Origin: an uncultured Eubacteriales bacterium
GTDB lineage: Bacteria; Bacillota; Clostridia; Oscillospirales; Acutalibacteraceae
Assembly (NCBI GenBank): GCA_964406705.1
Contig: CAYOSS010000001.1
Location: 28,903 to 92,902 of the forward strand
Direction: 5' to 3'
Length of the DNA: 64,000 nucleotides
A program made the translations under genes and the position numbers. The notes beneath the pieces are model-generated. The model did not search any database. It saw only the letters and a list, made by a program, of their open reading frames with translations, and was not told the origin of the DNA. Positions 17,328-27,989 of this stretch are shown piece by piece. The stretch's first letter is position 1; the number at the start of each line of letters is the position of its first letter.

Positions 17328-19076
17328 TTGAGGCTCCCGGAAAGCTTTTTGCTGGAGCTTAAGGCCAGAAACGATATAGAGTCCGTCGTGTCGGGGTACG
17401 TTTCATTAAAGAGACGCGGCTCGAATTTTGTGGGCTTATGCCCCTTTCACGGCGAGCGGACCCCGTCGTTTACCCTTTATCCCGAGACCAACTCATTTTA
17501 CTGCTTCGGCTGCGGGGTCGGCGGGGACGTGATCGGTTTTGTCCGCCGCATTGAGAATATCGACTATATGAGCGCGGTGCGGCTTTTGGCGGACAGGGCC
17601 GGGATGAATATGCCGGACATCACCGGCGCGGACGACGATTACCAGATGCGTTCCGGGATCCTCAAGGCTAACAAGCTTGCCGCGCGGTTCTACGCCAACA
17701 CTCTGCTGCGCCCCGAAAGCGCCGCCGCGAGGGAGTACCTCTTAGGGCGGGGGCTCTCGCCCGCGACAATCAGGAAATTCGGGTTGGGTTTCGCCCCGGG
17801 GCATGGTTCTCAGCTTTACGAACTCCTGAGAGAGAACGACATCAGCGATCGTGTCATAAAAACCTCCAACCTTTGCACTTACCCCGACGAGGAGGGGAAG
17901 GCTCCGTTTGACAGGTTCCGGGGGCGGGTGATGTTCCCCATATTGGACGTGACGGGCAACGTTGTCGCGTTTAGCGGGAGGAACTTACCCGGAGTGGATC
18001 GCGGCGGGAAGTACGTCAACACCAGCAACACGCCTGTTTACCGCAAGGGAATGTGCCTGTTCGGTCTTTTCATCGCTAAGAATTTTTGCTCGGAGCGGGC
18101 CATCTTGGTCGAGGGCAACATGGATGTGATATCCATGCATCAGGCGGGCTTCAACAACACGGTCGGCGCGCTCGGCACGGCGTTTACGAGGGAACAGGCG
18201 CTGTTGTTGCGGCGCTACACCAAGGAAGTCGTGGTGATGATGGACGCCGACGACGCCGGGGGCAAGTCCACCGAAAAAGTGATTCAGGTGCTGAGGGACA
18301 CGGATATTATAACGCGGGTCCTGCGTCTGCCGGACGGGAAGGACCCGGACGAGTTTCTCAAAAACAACTCCCCCGCGAAGTTGCGCTCTCTTATAGAAAA
18401 TGCCGCTTCCGACACCGAGTATCTGCTCACCCGCGCGGCGGAGGGCTTGGATCTCTCGGCGGACAAAGACAAGGTTACATATTTGCGGCGGGCGGCGGAT
18501 GTTTTGGCGGAGGTTGAGGACCCGATAACCGTGGAGCTCTACGCCGGGCGGCTTTCGGGGGCGTACGGAGTGGAAAAAGGGACGCTCACCGGGCTTATAT
18601 CCGAGAAACGCGAGGCGGCTCGCAAGCGCCGCAGCGAGGATGTTCTCCGCGAGGCGACAAGACCGTCCGAGAGGCTGCGCATAGGCGGCGGGGAGCGGGG
18701 CACCGTCAAGGCGGACGCCGTGGAGCGCACCGTGAACGGGATCCTTATAGCTCACCCGGATTTCTACTGGAGGTTCAAAAACGAGCTTACCGCCGAGGAT
18801 TTCATCACCCCATTCGGCAGGAAGCTCTACGAGACTATCGCGGAGCTGTACGAGCGGGGCTACAACTTCGATATGTCGCTTCTGGGCGAGGAGTTTACCG
18901 TGGACGAGGTGTCGGAGGTCGCGGTCATAGTCGCGCAGTCTATGTTCGGGGACGACCCGCTCCCACTGCTGCAGGACTGTATCGCGACGCTTAAAGAGGA
19001 GAAGAAGCGCCTCGGTGACGAGACGCGGGACTGGGACAGCGTGATGCGCGACCTCATCCGGGAGAAGCAGCAATAG
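17328..19076 (+). CDS. dnaG: DNA primase
   Basis: Zn finger [16 protein letters not shown]...FYCFGCG, a TOPRIM block ([25 protein letters not shown]), and position upstream of rpoD. TTG start. Confidence 0.92.
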   Translation: MRLPESFLLELKARNDIESVVSGYVSLKRRGSNFVGLCPFHGERTPSFTLYPETNSFYCFGCGVGGDVIGFVRRIENIDYMSAVRLLADRAGMNMPDITGADDDYQMRSGILKANKLAARFYANTLLRPESAAAREYLLGRGLSPATIRKFGLGFAPGHGSQLYELLRENDISDRVIKTSNLCTYPDEEGKAPFDRFRGRVMFPILDVTGNVVAFSGRNLPGVDRGGKYVNTSNTPVYRKGMCLFGLFIAKNFCSERAILVEGNMDVISMHQAGFNNTVGALGTAFTREQALLLRRYTKEVVVMMDADDAGGKSTEKVIQVLRDTDIITRVLRLPDGKDPDEFLKNNSPAKLRSLIENAASDTEYLLTRAAEGLDLSADKDKVTYLRRAADVLAEVEDPITVELYAGRLSGAYGVEKGTLTGLISEKREAARKRRSEDVLREATRPSERLRIGGGERGTVKADAVERTVNGILIAHPDFYWRFKNELTAEDFITPFGRKLYETIAELYERGYNFDMSLLGEEFTVDEVSEVAVIVAQSMFGDDPLPLLQDCIATLKEEKKRLGDETRDWDSVMRDLIREKQQ

Positions 19077-19092
19077 AGAAAAGGAGAAGAGT

Positions 19093-20163
19093 ATGGACGA
19101 GGACAGCAAAAAGAAGAAGAAGGACCCCAAGGAGGAAAACCCCGACTTAATGGATCAGGTCAAGAAGGACATCGGGGACGAGTTCGGAGGGGATTTCATA
19201 GACGATCTGCCCGACGATTTTGACGACCTGCCGGACGACGTGCTGTTAAGCGGCGAATATGCCGCTTCCGAGGACGACATCAAAATCGCGGACGGAACCG
19301 AGCCGTTAGATTACGACGACGGGCTGGGGCTTGACAGCGTCTCCCTTGACGACCCCGTGAAGGTTTACTTAAAGGAGATCGGCCGGGTCCCGCTGCTCAG
19401 CGCGGAGGAGGAAACCGAGCTCGCCAAGCGCGTCTTGGAGGGGGACGAGAACGCCAAAAAGCGGCTCACCGAGGCGAATTTGCGGCTTGTGGTGAGCATA
19501 GCGAAGCGCTACGTCGGGCGCGGAATGCAGTTCCTCGATCTTATCCAAGAAGGTAACGTCGGGCTGATCAAGGCCGTGGAGAAGTTCGATTACACCAAGG
19601 GCTTCAAGTTCTCCACCTACGCCACATGGTGGATCCGCCAGGCCATTACCCGCGCCATAGCGGACCAGGCGCGCACCATCAGGATCCCCGTGCATATGGT
19701 GGAGACTATTAACCGGCTTAAGAAGGTGCAAAGCCAGCTCCTCCACGAGAACGGGCGCGAGCCCACCGAGGAGCAGTTGGCGGAGCGGCTGGATATGCCG
19801 ATTGAGCGGGTGCGCGAGATAATGCGGGTGGCGCAGGAGCCCGTCTCGATGGAGACCCCTATCGGTCCCGAGGAGGACAGCCGTCTGATGGACTTTATCC
19901 GCGACGAGGACGCTTTAGCCCCTGACGAGGCCGCGCTTAAAACCGTCACCAGCGAGGATATAGACGCCGTGCTGAAGACGCTTACCGACCGCGAGGAGCA
20001 GGTTATACGCCTGCGCTTCGGGCTTAAGGACGGCAGGTGCCACACGTTAGAGGAAGTGGGCCTTGAATTTAACGTGACGAGGGAGCGCATCCGGCAAATC
20101 GAGGCGAAGGCTCTCCGCAAGCTCCGCCACCCCATCAGAAGCAACAAGTTCCGGGAAAGATAG
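19093..20163 (+). CDS. rpoD: RNA polymerase primary sigma factor
   Basis: Acidic N-terminus. Region 2 ([41 protein letters not shown]), region 3 and region 4 ([30 protein letters not shown]). Confidence 0.95.
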   Translation: MDEDSKKKKKDPKEENPDLMDQVKKDIGDEFGGDFIDDLPDDFDDLPDDVLLSGEYAASEDDIKIADGTEPLDYDDGLGLDSVSLDDPVKVYLKEIGRVPLLSAEEETELAKRVLEGDENAKKRLTEANLRLVVSIAKRYVGRGMQFLDLIQEGNVGLIKAVEKFDYTKGFKFSTYATWWIRQAITRAIADQARTIRIPVHMVETINRLKKVQSQLLHENGREPTEEQLAERLDMPIERVREIMRVAQEPVSMETPIGPEEDSRLMDFIRDEDALAPDEAALKTVTSEDIDAVLKTLTDREEQVIRLRFGLKDGRCHTLEEVGLEFNVTRERIRQIEAKALRKLRHPIRSNKFRER

Positions 20164-20170
20164 GCACGCT

Positions 20171-20557
20171 ATGCTTCTAAACCTTGAGACTGATTACGCA
20201 ATTCGCATTGTGGACTGCCTCGCGTCGAGCGGGGGGAGGCTTTGCGCCGAGACGGTCTCAAAGGTCACCGGCGTGCCGCCCCGCTTCACGCTGAAGATAC
20301 TGCGCAAGCTCTGCGCCGGGGGGTTCGCCGTTTCCAAAAAGGGGGCGGGAGGCGGGTACGAGCTTGCCCGCCCGGCGGGGGAGATCACCCTGCTCGACGT
20401 CATAGAGGCGGTAAACGGCAAGATAGCGATAAGCCGCTGTCAGGGCGCCGCGGAGAAGTGCTCTTATCCCTGCAACCCCTGCAAATTCAAGGATGTATTC
20501 GATCGCGTGAGCAGCGACGCTCGCGGGGAATTCGGCAAAATCAATTTTGGAGGTTAG
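20171..20557 (+). CDS. Rrf2 family transcriptional regulator
   Basis: N-terminal wHTH TDYAIRIVDCLA...VSKVTGVPPRFTLKILRKL, with C-terminal Cys residues (CQG...CSYPCNPC). Confidence 0.8.
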   Translation: MLLNLETDYAIRIVDCLASSGGRLCAETVSKVTGVPPRFTLKILRKLCAGGFAVSKKGAGGGYELARPAGEITLLDVIEAVNGKIAISRCQGAAEKCSYPCNPCKFKDVFDRVSSDARGEFGKINFGG

Positions 20558-20563
20558 GCGAAG

Positions 20564-20818
20564 ATGAAGTTCGATTACACGACCAAAGGCACGTGCTCGA
20601 GAATGATCCACCTTGATGTCGAGGGCGAGACGCTGAAGTCCGTCTCCTTCGAGGGCGGGTGCAACGGCAATCTGAAGGGTATATCCGCGATGTGCGCCGG
20701 GATGAACATCAACGACATTATAGACAAGTTCGATTCCATCACCTGCGGCTACAAGAACACCTCCTGCCCGGATCAGTTGGCTCAGGCGCTGAAAGAGTAC
20801 AGGGCGCAGTATCTCTAA
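20564..20818 (+). CDS. TSCPD-domain small protein (TIGR03905-like)
   Basis: Blocks GGCNGNLKGIS and TSCPDQLAQAL. SD GGAGG is upstream. Confidence 0.7.
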   Translation: MKFDYTTKGTCSRMIHLDVEGETLKSVSFEGGCNGNLKGISAMCAGMNINDIIDKFDSITCGYKNTSCPDQLAQALKEYRAQYL

Positions 20819-20831
20819 AGCCCGAACCGCT

Positions 20832-21401
20832 ATGTACGAGGACAGGGATATAAAGATCGCGGGAGCGGGCTCCCCGGGCGGTCCCGCCCCCGGCGCGTTG
20901 GGCATTTCCGAGGAGTACAACCGCGAGCGGGAGAACGGTAACATATCTCGCGCGAAACATCTCGGCGGCGAGGTCGCGGCTCTCGTGGGCAATTCCGGGA
21001 GCGTGTTCCCCGTGGACGCGGAGGACGCGAGCCGGGATTTGGAGCGGCAGAAAAAAATCCTTCTGTCGTTCGCCGCCGTCGCCGGGCTGGAGCTGTACTG
21101 CCCCGGCCCCGCCACGGTCTACGCCGCGCAGAACAGCTTTTACTCCGCTTTGGAGAAGACCGACGTCGCTCTTTACAGGGACGCGCTGGGCAGCGGGGCG
21201 TTCTCGTTTTACTACCTCGCGTTCCGGCGCGGTGGAGATTCCGAGCGTCGCATCGGCCAGACGTTCGCTATGCTCTGCTCCCACGACGGGGACCCCGTCT
21301 ACCAGGAGTTGGGCGAGGCGATATACTGCAGTTTCGTCTCCACGGTGCGCCACAAGGCGGCCGGAGCGGGGTTTGTCAGGGCGGAGGGCGTCGGCGCGTA
21401 G
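20832..21401 (+). CDS. Hypothetical protein (189 aa)
   Basis: The ORF has strong third-position GC bias in this frame. There is no SD and no motif I recognise. Confidence 0.45.
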   Translation: MYEDRDIKIAGAGSPGGPAPGALGISEEYNRERENGNISRAKHLGGEVAALVGNSGSVFPVDAEDASRDLERQKKILLSFAAVAGLELYCPGPATVYAAQNSFYSALEKTDVALYRDALGSGAFSFYYLAFRRGGDSERRIGQTFAMLCSHDGDPVYQELGEAIYCSFVSTVRHKAAGAGFVRAEGVGA

Positions 21402-21478
21402 CGCGGGTCACATTTTGCCGGCTTTTGTCGTGCTATTGCCGTTAAGCTATACTTATATCGTGAGGGGGGGGTCGCCTC

Positions 21479-23521
21479 GTGAGTTTGCGCAAGTGGGTTA
21501 TGAGAAAAGCCGACAGGGATTCGGCTCTTCAGTTGGCCGAGGAGGAGCATATAAACGGCAACGCCGCGGCTCTGTTGGTCGCCAGGGGGTATTCGGACCC
21601 GATGGAGGTTGAGCAGTTTCTCTCCGACGAGCTGATATTAAACGATCCCCTCGAATTAGCCGATATGTCCCTCGCAGCCGAACGTGTGCGCAAGGCGATT
21701 GACTCGGGCGAGAAGATCCTCATATACGGCGACTACGACTGCGATGGGGTCTGCGCTACGGTGCTGCTATACGAATTCTTGCGGGACCGTGAGGCGGATG
21801 TTTCTTACCGCCTTCCCCGCCGCGATACGGAAGGGTACGGACTCTGTATTTCCGCCGTTGACGCCGCAGCCGCGGACGGGGTTGCGCTGATTATCACGGT
21901 GGATAACGGCGTCAGCGCTCACGGCGAGATCGAGCGGGCGAACGGGCTCGGCATAGACGTGGTAGTGACGGACCACCACCTGCCCAATTTGACCCTGCCT
22001 CCCGCCCACGCCGTGGTCGACCCTCAGCGCTCGGACGACTCCTCGGAGTTTAAGCTTATATCCGGTGTGACGGTGGCGTTCAAACTCGCCGCTGCCGTGG
22101 CGGACGTTCCCCCGGAAGAGTTGTTCCCGGCATACGCGGAGTTAGTCGCGCTCGGCACCGTGGCGGATGTTGTTCCCCTTACGGACGAGAACCGCTCCAT
22201 GGTTAAGGCCGGTCTGAGATCTCTTTCCTCCTCCGAGAGGGAGGGAGTGAGGGCTCTTATAGAGGTCGCGGGGCTAAAGGATAAGCCCCTCACCGCCGAG
22301 GACGTGGCGTTTACGTTGGCTCCCCGGATCAACGCCGCGGGGCGGATGGAGGACGCGGATATAGCCGCGAGGCTGCTCCTCTCCGACGACCCCGACACCG
22401 CGCGCGCCTTAGCGGAGCGGCTGAACGACTGCAACGCCCGGCGCGTCGAGGTTGAGAGGGCTATTCTCGACGACGCGCAAAGGATCATATCCGAGCAAAA
22501 TCTATACGGCGATGATGTTCTGGTGCTCGCGGGGGAAGGCTGGCACAAGGGAGTTGTCGGGATTGCCGCGGCGAGGGTGGTGGAGGCGTTCGGCAAGCCC
22601 TGCTTCTTATTGTCCGTTGACGGCGAGACCGCAACGGGCTCCGGGCGCAGCATTCCGGGCTACCACATATTTAACGCTCTCCAGAGCGCGGCGTCTCTGC
22701 TCTCCCGCTACGGCGGGCACGCCCTCGCGGCGGGGGCTACCCTGCCGGCCGACAATATACCCGCTTTCAGAGCGGCTCTGAACCGTTACGCCGCGGCCGC
22801 GGCCCCGGTTTTCCCCGAGCTTACTCTTGACTGCGGGCTTTTCCCCGCGATGATCACCCCCAAGCTCATTCACAAGTTCGATGTGCTGGCGCCCTACGGG
22901 GCGGAGAACCCCGAGCCCTTGATGAAAATCGGCGGTGTTAAGGTCGAGAAAGCTGACGCCGTGGGCAAGGACGGCAAGCATATGCGCCTCGCCGTGTCGC
23001 GCGACGGGGCTACCGTGTACGCCGTGATGTTCTCCGCCTCGCCTAAAGACTTCGGCTTCTCCGTGGGCGATACCGTCGACCTCGCTGTGACCGCAGGCAC
23101 GCACTTTTTTAACGGGCAGGAGCGGGTTGACCTCAAGATTACGGATATTCGCCTCTCCGGGCGCGACGACAACGCGTTCTTCTCCTCGCTCGCGAATTAC
23201 AGGCTCTATAGGCGCGGCGACGAGAAAGCCGACCGCGCGGCGCTTCGCCCCACTCGCGAGGAGTGCGCCGTGGTGTTCCGCTTTATCAGAAGCTACGGCG
23301 AAGTGTCCCGCTCGGGATTGTTGGGGAGGTTCTGGCGGGCGCCCGGCGCGGGTAAGACCGCCGTTATAGCCGACGTTCTCTTGGAACGCGGGCTGCTCAC
23401 CCGCAGAACGGGCGGCGCTGAGATTTACTACGGCGTGGCGGAAAATACGGGCAAGGTGAACCTTGAGGATTCCCCGGTGCTACAGGCTTTGGCGGAAAAG
23501 GCGGGCGAGAGCGATGACTGA
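21479..23521 (+). CDS. recJ: Single-stranded-DNA-specific exonuclease RecJ
   Basis: DHH motifs (IYGDYDCDG, ITVDNG, VVTDHH) and DHHA1 (GGHALAAG). GTG start after a G-rich SD. Confidence 0.9.
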   Translation: MSLRKWVMRKADRDSALQLAEEEHINGNAAALLVARGYSDPMEVEQFLSDELILNDPLELADMSLAAERVRKAIDSGEKILIYGDYDCDGVCATVLLYEFLRDREADVSYRLPRRDTEGYGLCISAVDAAAADGVALIITVDNGVSAHGEIERANGLGIDVVVTDHHLPNLTLPPAHAVVDPQRSDDSSEFKLISGVTVAFKLAAAVADVPPEELFPAYAELVALGTVADVVPLTDENRSMVKAGLRSLSSSEREGVRALIEVAGLKDKPLTAEDVAFTLAPRINAAGRMEDADIAARLLLSDDPDTARALAERLNDCNARRVEVERAILDDAQRIISEQNLYGDDVLVLAGEGWHKGVVGIAAARVVEAFGKPCFLLSVDGETATGSGRSIPGYHIFNALQSAASLLSRYGGHALAAGATLPADNIPAFRAALNRYAAAAAPVFPELTLDCGLFPAMITPKLIHKFDVLAPYGAENPEPLMKIGGVKVEKADAVGKDGKHMRLAVSRDGATVYAVMFSASPKDFGFSVGDTVDLAVTAGTHFFNGQERVDLKITDIRLSGRDDNAFFSSLANYRLYRRGDEKADRAALRPTREECAVVFRFIRSYGEVSRSGLLGRFWRAPGAGKTAVIADVLLERGLLTRRTGGAEIYYGVAENTGKVNLEDSPVLQALAEKAGESDD

Positions 23522-25706
23522 CGCGGAGGAGGGTCTTCGGGAGTTAGAATCCCTTCTTGACGAGCAGGGCGGGCAGTACGACCGCGATATGATCCGCCGC
23601 GCCTGGGAGCTGTGCTACACCGCTCACAGCGGGCAGAAACGCGCCTCGGGCGAGCCGTATGTAGTTCACCCGTTTTCCGTGGCGAAGATCTTAATTTCAA
23701 TGGGCATGGATTCCGAGTCCATCTGCGCGGGGCTGCTCCACGACGTGGTGGAGGACACCCCCGTTGCCATCGAGCAGATAGCCAAGCAGTTTAATAAGAA
23801 CGTCGCGCTCCTTGTGGACGGGGTGACTAAGCTCGGCAAAATCTCCATTCCGCACGACCAGCAGCAGTCGGAGAACATCCGCAAAATGCTTATGGCGATG
23901 GCGGAGGATATACGCGTTATAATTATTAAGCTTGCCGACCGTCTCCACAATATGCGCACCCTCGACTATCTCCCCGAGCAGAAGCGCCGGGACATCTCCC
24001 TCGAAACCTTGGAAGTCTACGCCCCGATAGCGCACCGGCTCGGTATCCGCGCCCTCAAGGAGGAGTTGGAGGACTTAGCCATCCGCCAGTTGGACCCCGT
24101 CGGGTACGCCGAGATAGTGGACCTTCTCAACGCCAGCAAGGTGCGGGGCAAGGATTTCCTCAACAGGATACAGGATAAAATCCGCGAGGGGGTCTCCAAG
24201 TACGTTCCCGGGATATATGTGGAGGGGCGCGTCAAGTCGATACACGGCATCTACCGCAAAATGTTCGTGCAAAACAAGACCTTCGAGGAGATTTACGACA
24301 TATACGCCGTTCGGGTCATCACCGACACGATAGTCAACTGCTACAACATCTTGGGCGTCATACACGATATGTTCCGCCCGATACCGAAGCGCTTTAAGGA
24401 TTACATTTCCACCCCCAAGCCGAATATGTACCAGTCTCTCCACACGACGGTTATGGACCGCGAGGGGATCCCATTCGAGGTTCAGATCCGCACCTGGGAA
24501 ATGCACCACACCGCTGAGTACGGTATCGCGGCTCACTGGAAGTACAAGGCCGGTATCGAGAAGAACGACATCCATATGGAGGAGCGGCTCTCCTGGATCC
24601 GGCAGATAATCGAGTCCCAGAAGGACGCCGATAACGCCGAGGACTTAGTCCAAACCATTAAGACGGACCTCTCGCAGGAGGACGTGTTCGCCGTCACGCC
24701 GAAGGGGGACATCATCACCCTGCCTGCCGGCTCTACTGTGATTGATTTCGCCTACGCCGTCCACACCCAGGTGGGGAACAAGATGGTGGGGGCTAAGGCG
24801 GACGGGAAAATTGTCCCCTTCAACTACGAGGTCAAGACGGGCGAGATAATTGAAATCCTCACAAGCTCCGCCCCGGGTCACGGCCCCCGGCGGGACTGGC
24901 TCAACATCGCCAAGAGCTGCCAGACCAGGGCTAAAATCCGCGCGTGGTTCAAAAAGGAGAAGCGCGGTGAGAACGTCGCCGCCGGAAAAGCCGAATTTGA
25001 GCGGGAATTGGGCCGCAACGGGATCAAGCTTCCGAGCGACGCCGAGGAGAAGCTCATAGACGACATCGCGCGCCGCTTTAAGTGCGCCGACGCGGAGGAT
25101 TTCTACGCCGCTATAGGGTATGGGGGTGTCTCGCTCTCGCGCGTGGTTCCGCTGCTAAAAGAGGAAGTCGCGAAGCTGCGCCGCCCCCCCCGCCAGGAAA
25201 AGCCCGAAATCGAGGAGCTGCCCGAGACGGTCGCCCCGCGCAAATCCGACGAGGGCATCGTGGTGGAGGGCATAGATAACTGCCTTATCAAGCTTTCCCG
25301 CTGCTGCACCCCGCTGCCCGGGGACCCGATTATCGGCTTTATAACGCGCGGGCACGGGGTGTCTATCCATAAGCGCGACTGCCGCAATGTTCCCGCCGAT
25401 ATAGCCTCGGCGGAGGAGCCCGAGCGGTGGGTCGCCGCGAGATGGAACAACAGCAAGGACGAGACCTTCCGCGCAGCCCTTGAGATAGTCGCGACGATGC
25501 GGCAGGGGGTGTTCGCGAGCATCACTCTCGCGATATCGAGCCTTCGGGTGCCGCTCCACGCCATCAGCGCCCGCGAGACAAAGGACGGGCTCTGCCGCAT
25601 TTACGCCAACATCAGCGTGGAGAACAGCAAGCACCTCGACTCTATAATTCAGAAGCTTTCCAAAGTCCCCGGCGTGCTTCGTGTGGAAAGGACCAACGCC
25701 AAGTGA
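23514..25706 (+). CDS. relA: Bifunctional (p)ppGpp synthetase/hydrolase (RelA/SpoT homologue)
   Basis: HD domain (HPFSVA...LLHDVVEDT), synthetase block (YRKMF, YQSLHTTV, EVQIRT), TGS and ACT ends. Trimmed to the ATG at 23514, overlapping the recJ stop. Confidence 0.92.
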   Translation: MTDAEEGLRELESLLDEQGGQYDRDMIRRAWELCYTAHSGQKRASGEPYVVHPFSVAKILISMGMDSESICAGLLHDVVEDTPVAIEQIAKQFNKNVALLVDGVTKLGKISIPHDQQQSENIRKMLMAMAEDIRVIIIKLADRLHNMRTLDYLPEQKRRDISLETLEVYAPIAHRLGIRALKEELEDLAIRQLDPVGYAEIVDLLNASKVRGKDFLNRIQDKIREGVSKYVPGIYVEGRVKSIHGIYRKMFVQNKTFEEIYDIYAVRVITDTIVNCYNILGVIHDMFRPIPKRFKDYISTPKPNMYQSLHTTVMDREGIPFEVQIRTWEMHHTAEYGIAAHWKYKAGIEKNDIHMEERLSWIRQIIESQKDADNAEDLVQTIKTDLSQEDVFAVTPKGDIITLPAGSTVIDFAYAVHTQVGNKMVGAKADGKIVPFNYEVKTGEIIEILTSSAPGHGPRRDWLNIAKSCQTRAKIRAWFKKEKRGENVAAGKAEFERELGRNGIKLPSDAEEKLIDDIARRFKCADAEDFYAAIGYGGVSLSRVVPLLKEEVAKLRRPPRQEKPEIEELPETVAPRKSDEGIVVEGIDNCLIKLSRCCTPLPGDPIIGFITRGHGVSIHKRDCRNVPADIASAEEPERWVAARWNNSKDETFRAALEIVATMRQGVFASITLAISSLRVPLHAISARETKDGLCRIYANISVENSKHLDSIIQKLSKVPGVLRVERTNAK

Positions 25707-26158
25707 GGGCGGTAGTTCAGCGGGTGAGCGCCGCCGCCGTCCGCGTCATTGGGGAGTTGGCGGGCGAGATAGGCGCGGGGGTGTTTGTCCTTGTGGGTGT
25801 GCACGAAGACGACACCGAGCGCGACGCTGAAATCCTCGCGGGCAAGATAGCGAGATTGCGGATTTTCGCCGACGGGGAAGGTCGGATGAACCTCTCGCTT
25901 CTCGACACGGGCGGCGGAGCGTTGGCGGTACCAAACTTCACCCTGTGCGCCGACGCGTCGCGCGGCAACCGCCCGTCCTACTCCGCCGCTATGGAGCCGG
26001 ATCGCGCGAGGCGGCTTTTTGAGTGCTTTGTGAGAGGACTCGTGGAGTGCGGAGTAAAGCGGGTCGCCACCGGGGTGTTCGGTGCCGATATGAGCATATC
26101 CGCCGAGCTGTCGGGACCCGTCACCATAACGCTTGACTCCGCCGTCTGGAAAAAATGA
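25703..26158 (+). CDS. dtd: D-aminoacyl-tRNA deacylase
   Basis: Blocks MRAVVQRV, VPNFTL and RPSY. GTGA overlap with relA. Confidence 0.88.
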   Translation: MRAVVQRVSAAAVRVIGELAGEIGAGVFVLVGVHEDDTERDAEILAGKIARLRIFADGEGRMNLSLLDTGGGALAVPNFTLCADASRGNRPSYSAAMEPDRARRLFECFVRGLVECGVKRVATGVFGADMSISAELSGPVTITLDSAVWKK

Positions 26159-26257
26159 CCGCTATTTTTATTTGAAACGAGGTATGCCCCCGGTGAAATA
26201 CATTGTCCACCGCGCCCCGCCGCGGTCGGTTGAGTTTAACCGTACGGGTGCCGCGCC

Positions 26258-27730
26258 GTGATATTTGCGGCCGATCCCGTCTGCCGCTACGAGGCGGAGA
26301 AGCTGGCGCGGGCGTTCTTCCCGTTCGAGAAGTTTACCCCCGCCGACGCGCTCGCTGACGGGGAGGACGGCATCAGCGTGGAGTTGGCGGGCGATACTGC
26401 CCGCGTCTTTGCGCGATACTCCGGCCGTCTCGTATCCGAGTCGCGGCCCGTTCCCGCCGGCGCGGACGACCACGCGCGCGAGCTTGCCGCCTGCGCCGCC
26501 CTTTACAAGGCTTTGTGCGGCGCGGCGGGCTATACGCTTCCCTGGGGGCTGCTTACGGGGGTGCGCCCCGCCAAACTCTTCGGCCGGCTCCGCGAGAGCG
26601 GGGGAGAGGGGTACGCCAAATCCTATTTTACCGATACTCTGCTTGTCTCGCCCGGAAAAGTCGAACTTTGCTCTGAGTGTTCCAAAAACGAGGACGCAAT
26701 AATCGCCCGCTCCACGGATAAATCCTACAGCCTCTATGTTTCGATCCCCTTTTGCCCGTCGCGCTGCGGATATTGCTCCTTTGTGTCGCATTCCATAGCG
26801 GGCGCGGGGAAGCTTCTGCCGGATTACCTGAAGCTGCTTTCCGAGGAGCTGCGCGCCACCGCCTCTGCCGCCCGGGATTTGGGGTTGACGCTCGCCACCG
26901 TCTATGTGGGCGGGGGAACGCCCTCCGTGCTGAGCGCGGAACAGACCGCCGATCTGCTCCGGGAGATTACCTCGGACTTTCCCGCGCGGGGCGCGGCGGA
27001 GTTCACCTTCGAGGCGGGGCGGCCCGAGACAATCACCCGCGAAAAATTGGCGGTCCTGCGGGAATACGGCGTCACGCGGATCAGCGTCAACTCTCAGACG
27101 CTGCACGACTGCACCCTCGCCGCCGTCGGGAGGCGCCACACCGTGGCGGACTTCTACCGCGCGTTCTCGCTCGCGAGGGACGCGGGGTTCGGCAACATCA
27201 ACACCGACCTCATAGCGGGTCTGCCCGGAGAGGACGCCGCTATGTTCCGCGAGAGCGTGGAGGGGATAGCGCGGCTTTCCCCCGAAAGCGTCACGGTGCA
27301 TTCCCTCGCCGCGAAGAGAGCGGCGGCTCTGGGCCGCTTTCCTTTCGAGAATGCCGCCGTCGCCGGCGAGATGGTCGACTTCGCTCGGGAGCGCCTCGCC
27401 GCCGCCGGTTACGCCCCGTATTATATGTACCGCCAGAGCAAGACGGTGGGCAACCTTGAGAATGTGGGCTACGCCAAGCCGGGCCGCGAGGGGCTTTACA
27501 ACGTCTACATGATGGATGAGACGCACACTGTGCTCTCCTGCGGCGCGGGCGCGGTGACAAAGCTTAAGGCTCCCGGCAAGAACATCATACGCCGCGTGTT
27601 TAACTTCAAGTACCCATATGAATATATCCGCCGTTTCCCGGAGATTATATCCCGCAAATCGGAAATAACGGAGTTTTACTCCGGGCTCGGCGAGACAATA
27701 ATAAAAGGAGCGACTCAAAATGACATTTGA
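26258..27730 (+). CDS. hemZ: Radical SAM HemN/HemZ-family protein (oxygen-independent coproporphyrinogen-III oxidase-like)
   Basis: CxxxCxxC in SIPFCPSRCGYCSF, plus VYVGGGTPS. Conserved synteny after dtd. Confidence 0.8.
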   Translation: MIFAADPVCRYEAEKLARAFFPFEKFTPADALADGEDGISVELAGDTARVFARYSGRLVSESRPVPAGADDHARELAACAALYKALCGAAGYTLPWGLLTGVRPAKLFGRLRESGGEGYAKSYFTDTLLVSPGKVELCSECSKNEDAIIARSTDKSYSLYVSIPFCPSRCGYCSFVSHSIAGAGKLLPDYLKLLSEELRATASAARDLGLTLATVYVGGGTPSVLSAEQTADLLREITSDFPARGAAEFTFEAGRPETITREKLAVLREYGVTRISVNSQTLHDCTLAAVGRRHTVADFYRAFSLARDAGFGNINTDLIAGLPGEDAAMFRESVEGIARLSPESVTVHSLAAKRAAALGRFPFENAAVAGEMVDFARERLAAAGYAPYYMYRQSKTVGNLENVGYAKPGREGLYNVYMMDETHTVLSCGAGAVTKLKAPGKNIIRRVFNFKYPYEYIRRFPEIISRKSEITEFYSGLGETIIKGATQNDI

Positions 27731-27989
27731 CGAGGTAAAAGACAGGGTAGAGGAGACGGCTCACATAGCGGGGGAGAAGACGGAGAAATTCGTCTGCCGG
27801 CAAAAGACGCGGTTCGATCTCACTCTGGCGAAGAACGAGCTGGACTCGCTTTACCGCGAGCTCGGCGCGGCCTGCTACAAAGCCGGCAAAGCGGGCGAGG
27901 AGCCCGATACCTCCGCCCTCGCCGCCAAAATCACGGATAAACTGCGCGAGATAGCCTCGCTCAAAGAGACCATCGCGCGATTAAAGTAA
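27720..27989 (+). CDS. Small predicted coiled-coil protein (89 aa), unknown function
   Basis: It overlaps the hemZ end by 11 nt, and its stop overlaps the mtnN ATG (TAATG). Heptad-like charged sequence. Confidence 0.5.
   Translation: MTFDEVKDRVEETAHIAGEKTEKFVCRQKTRFDLTLAKNELDSLYRELGAACYKAGKAGEEPDTSALAAKITDKLREIASLKETIARLK

Noticed and set aside
26168-27718. A 516-aa antisense ORF covering all of hemZ
   Set aside because: Its composition is an Arg/Gly/Pro/Ala artefact. The sense frame has the radical-SAM CxxxCxxC motif and conserved synteny.
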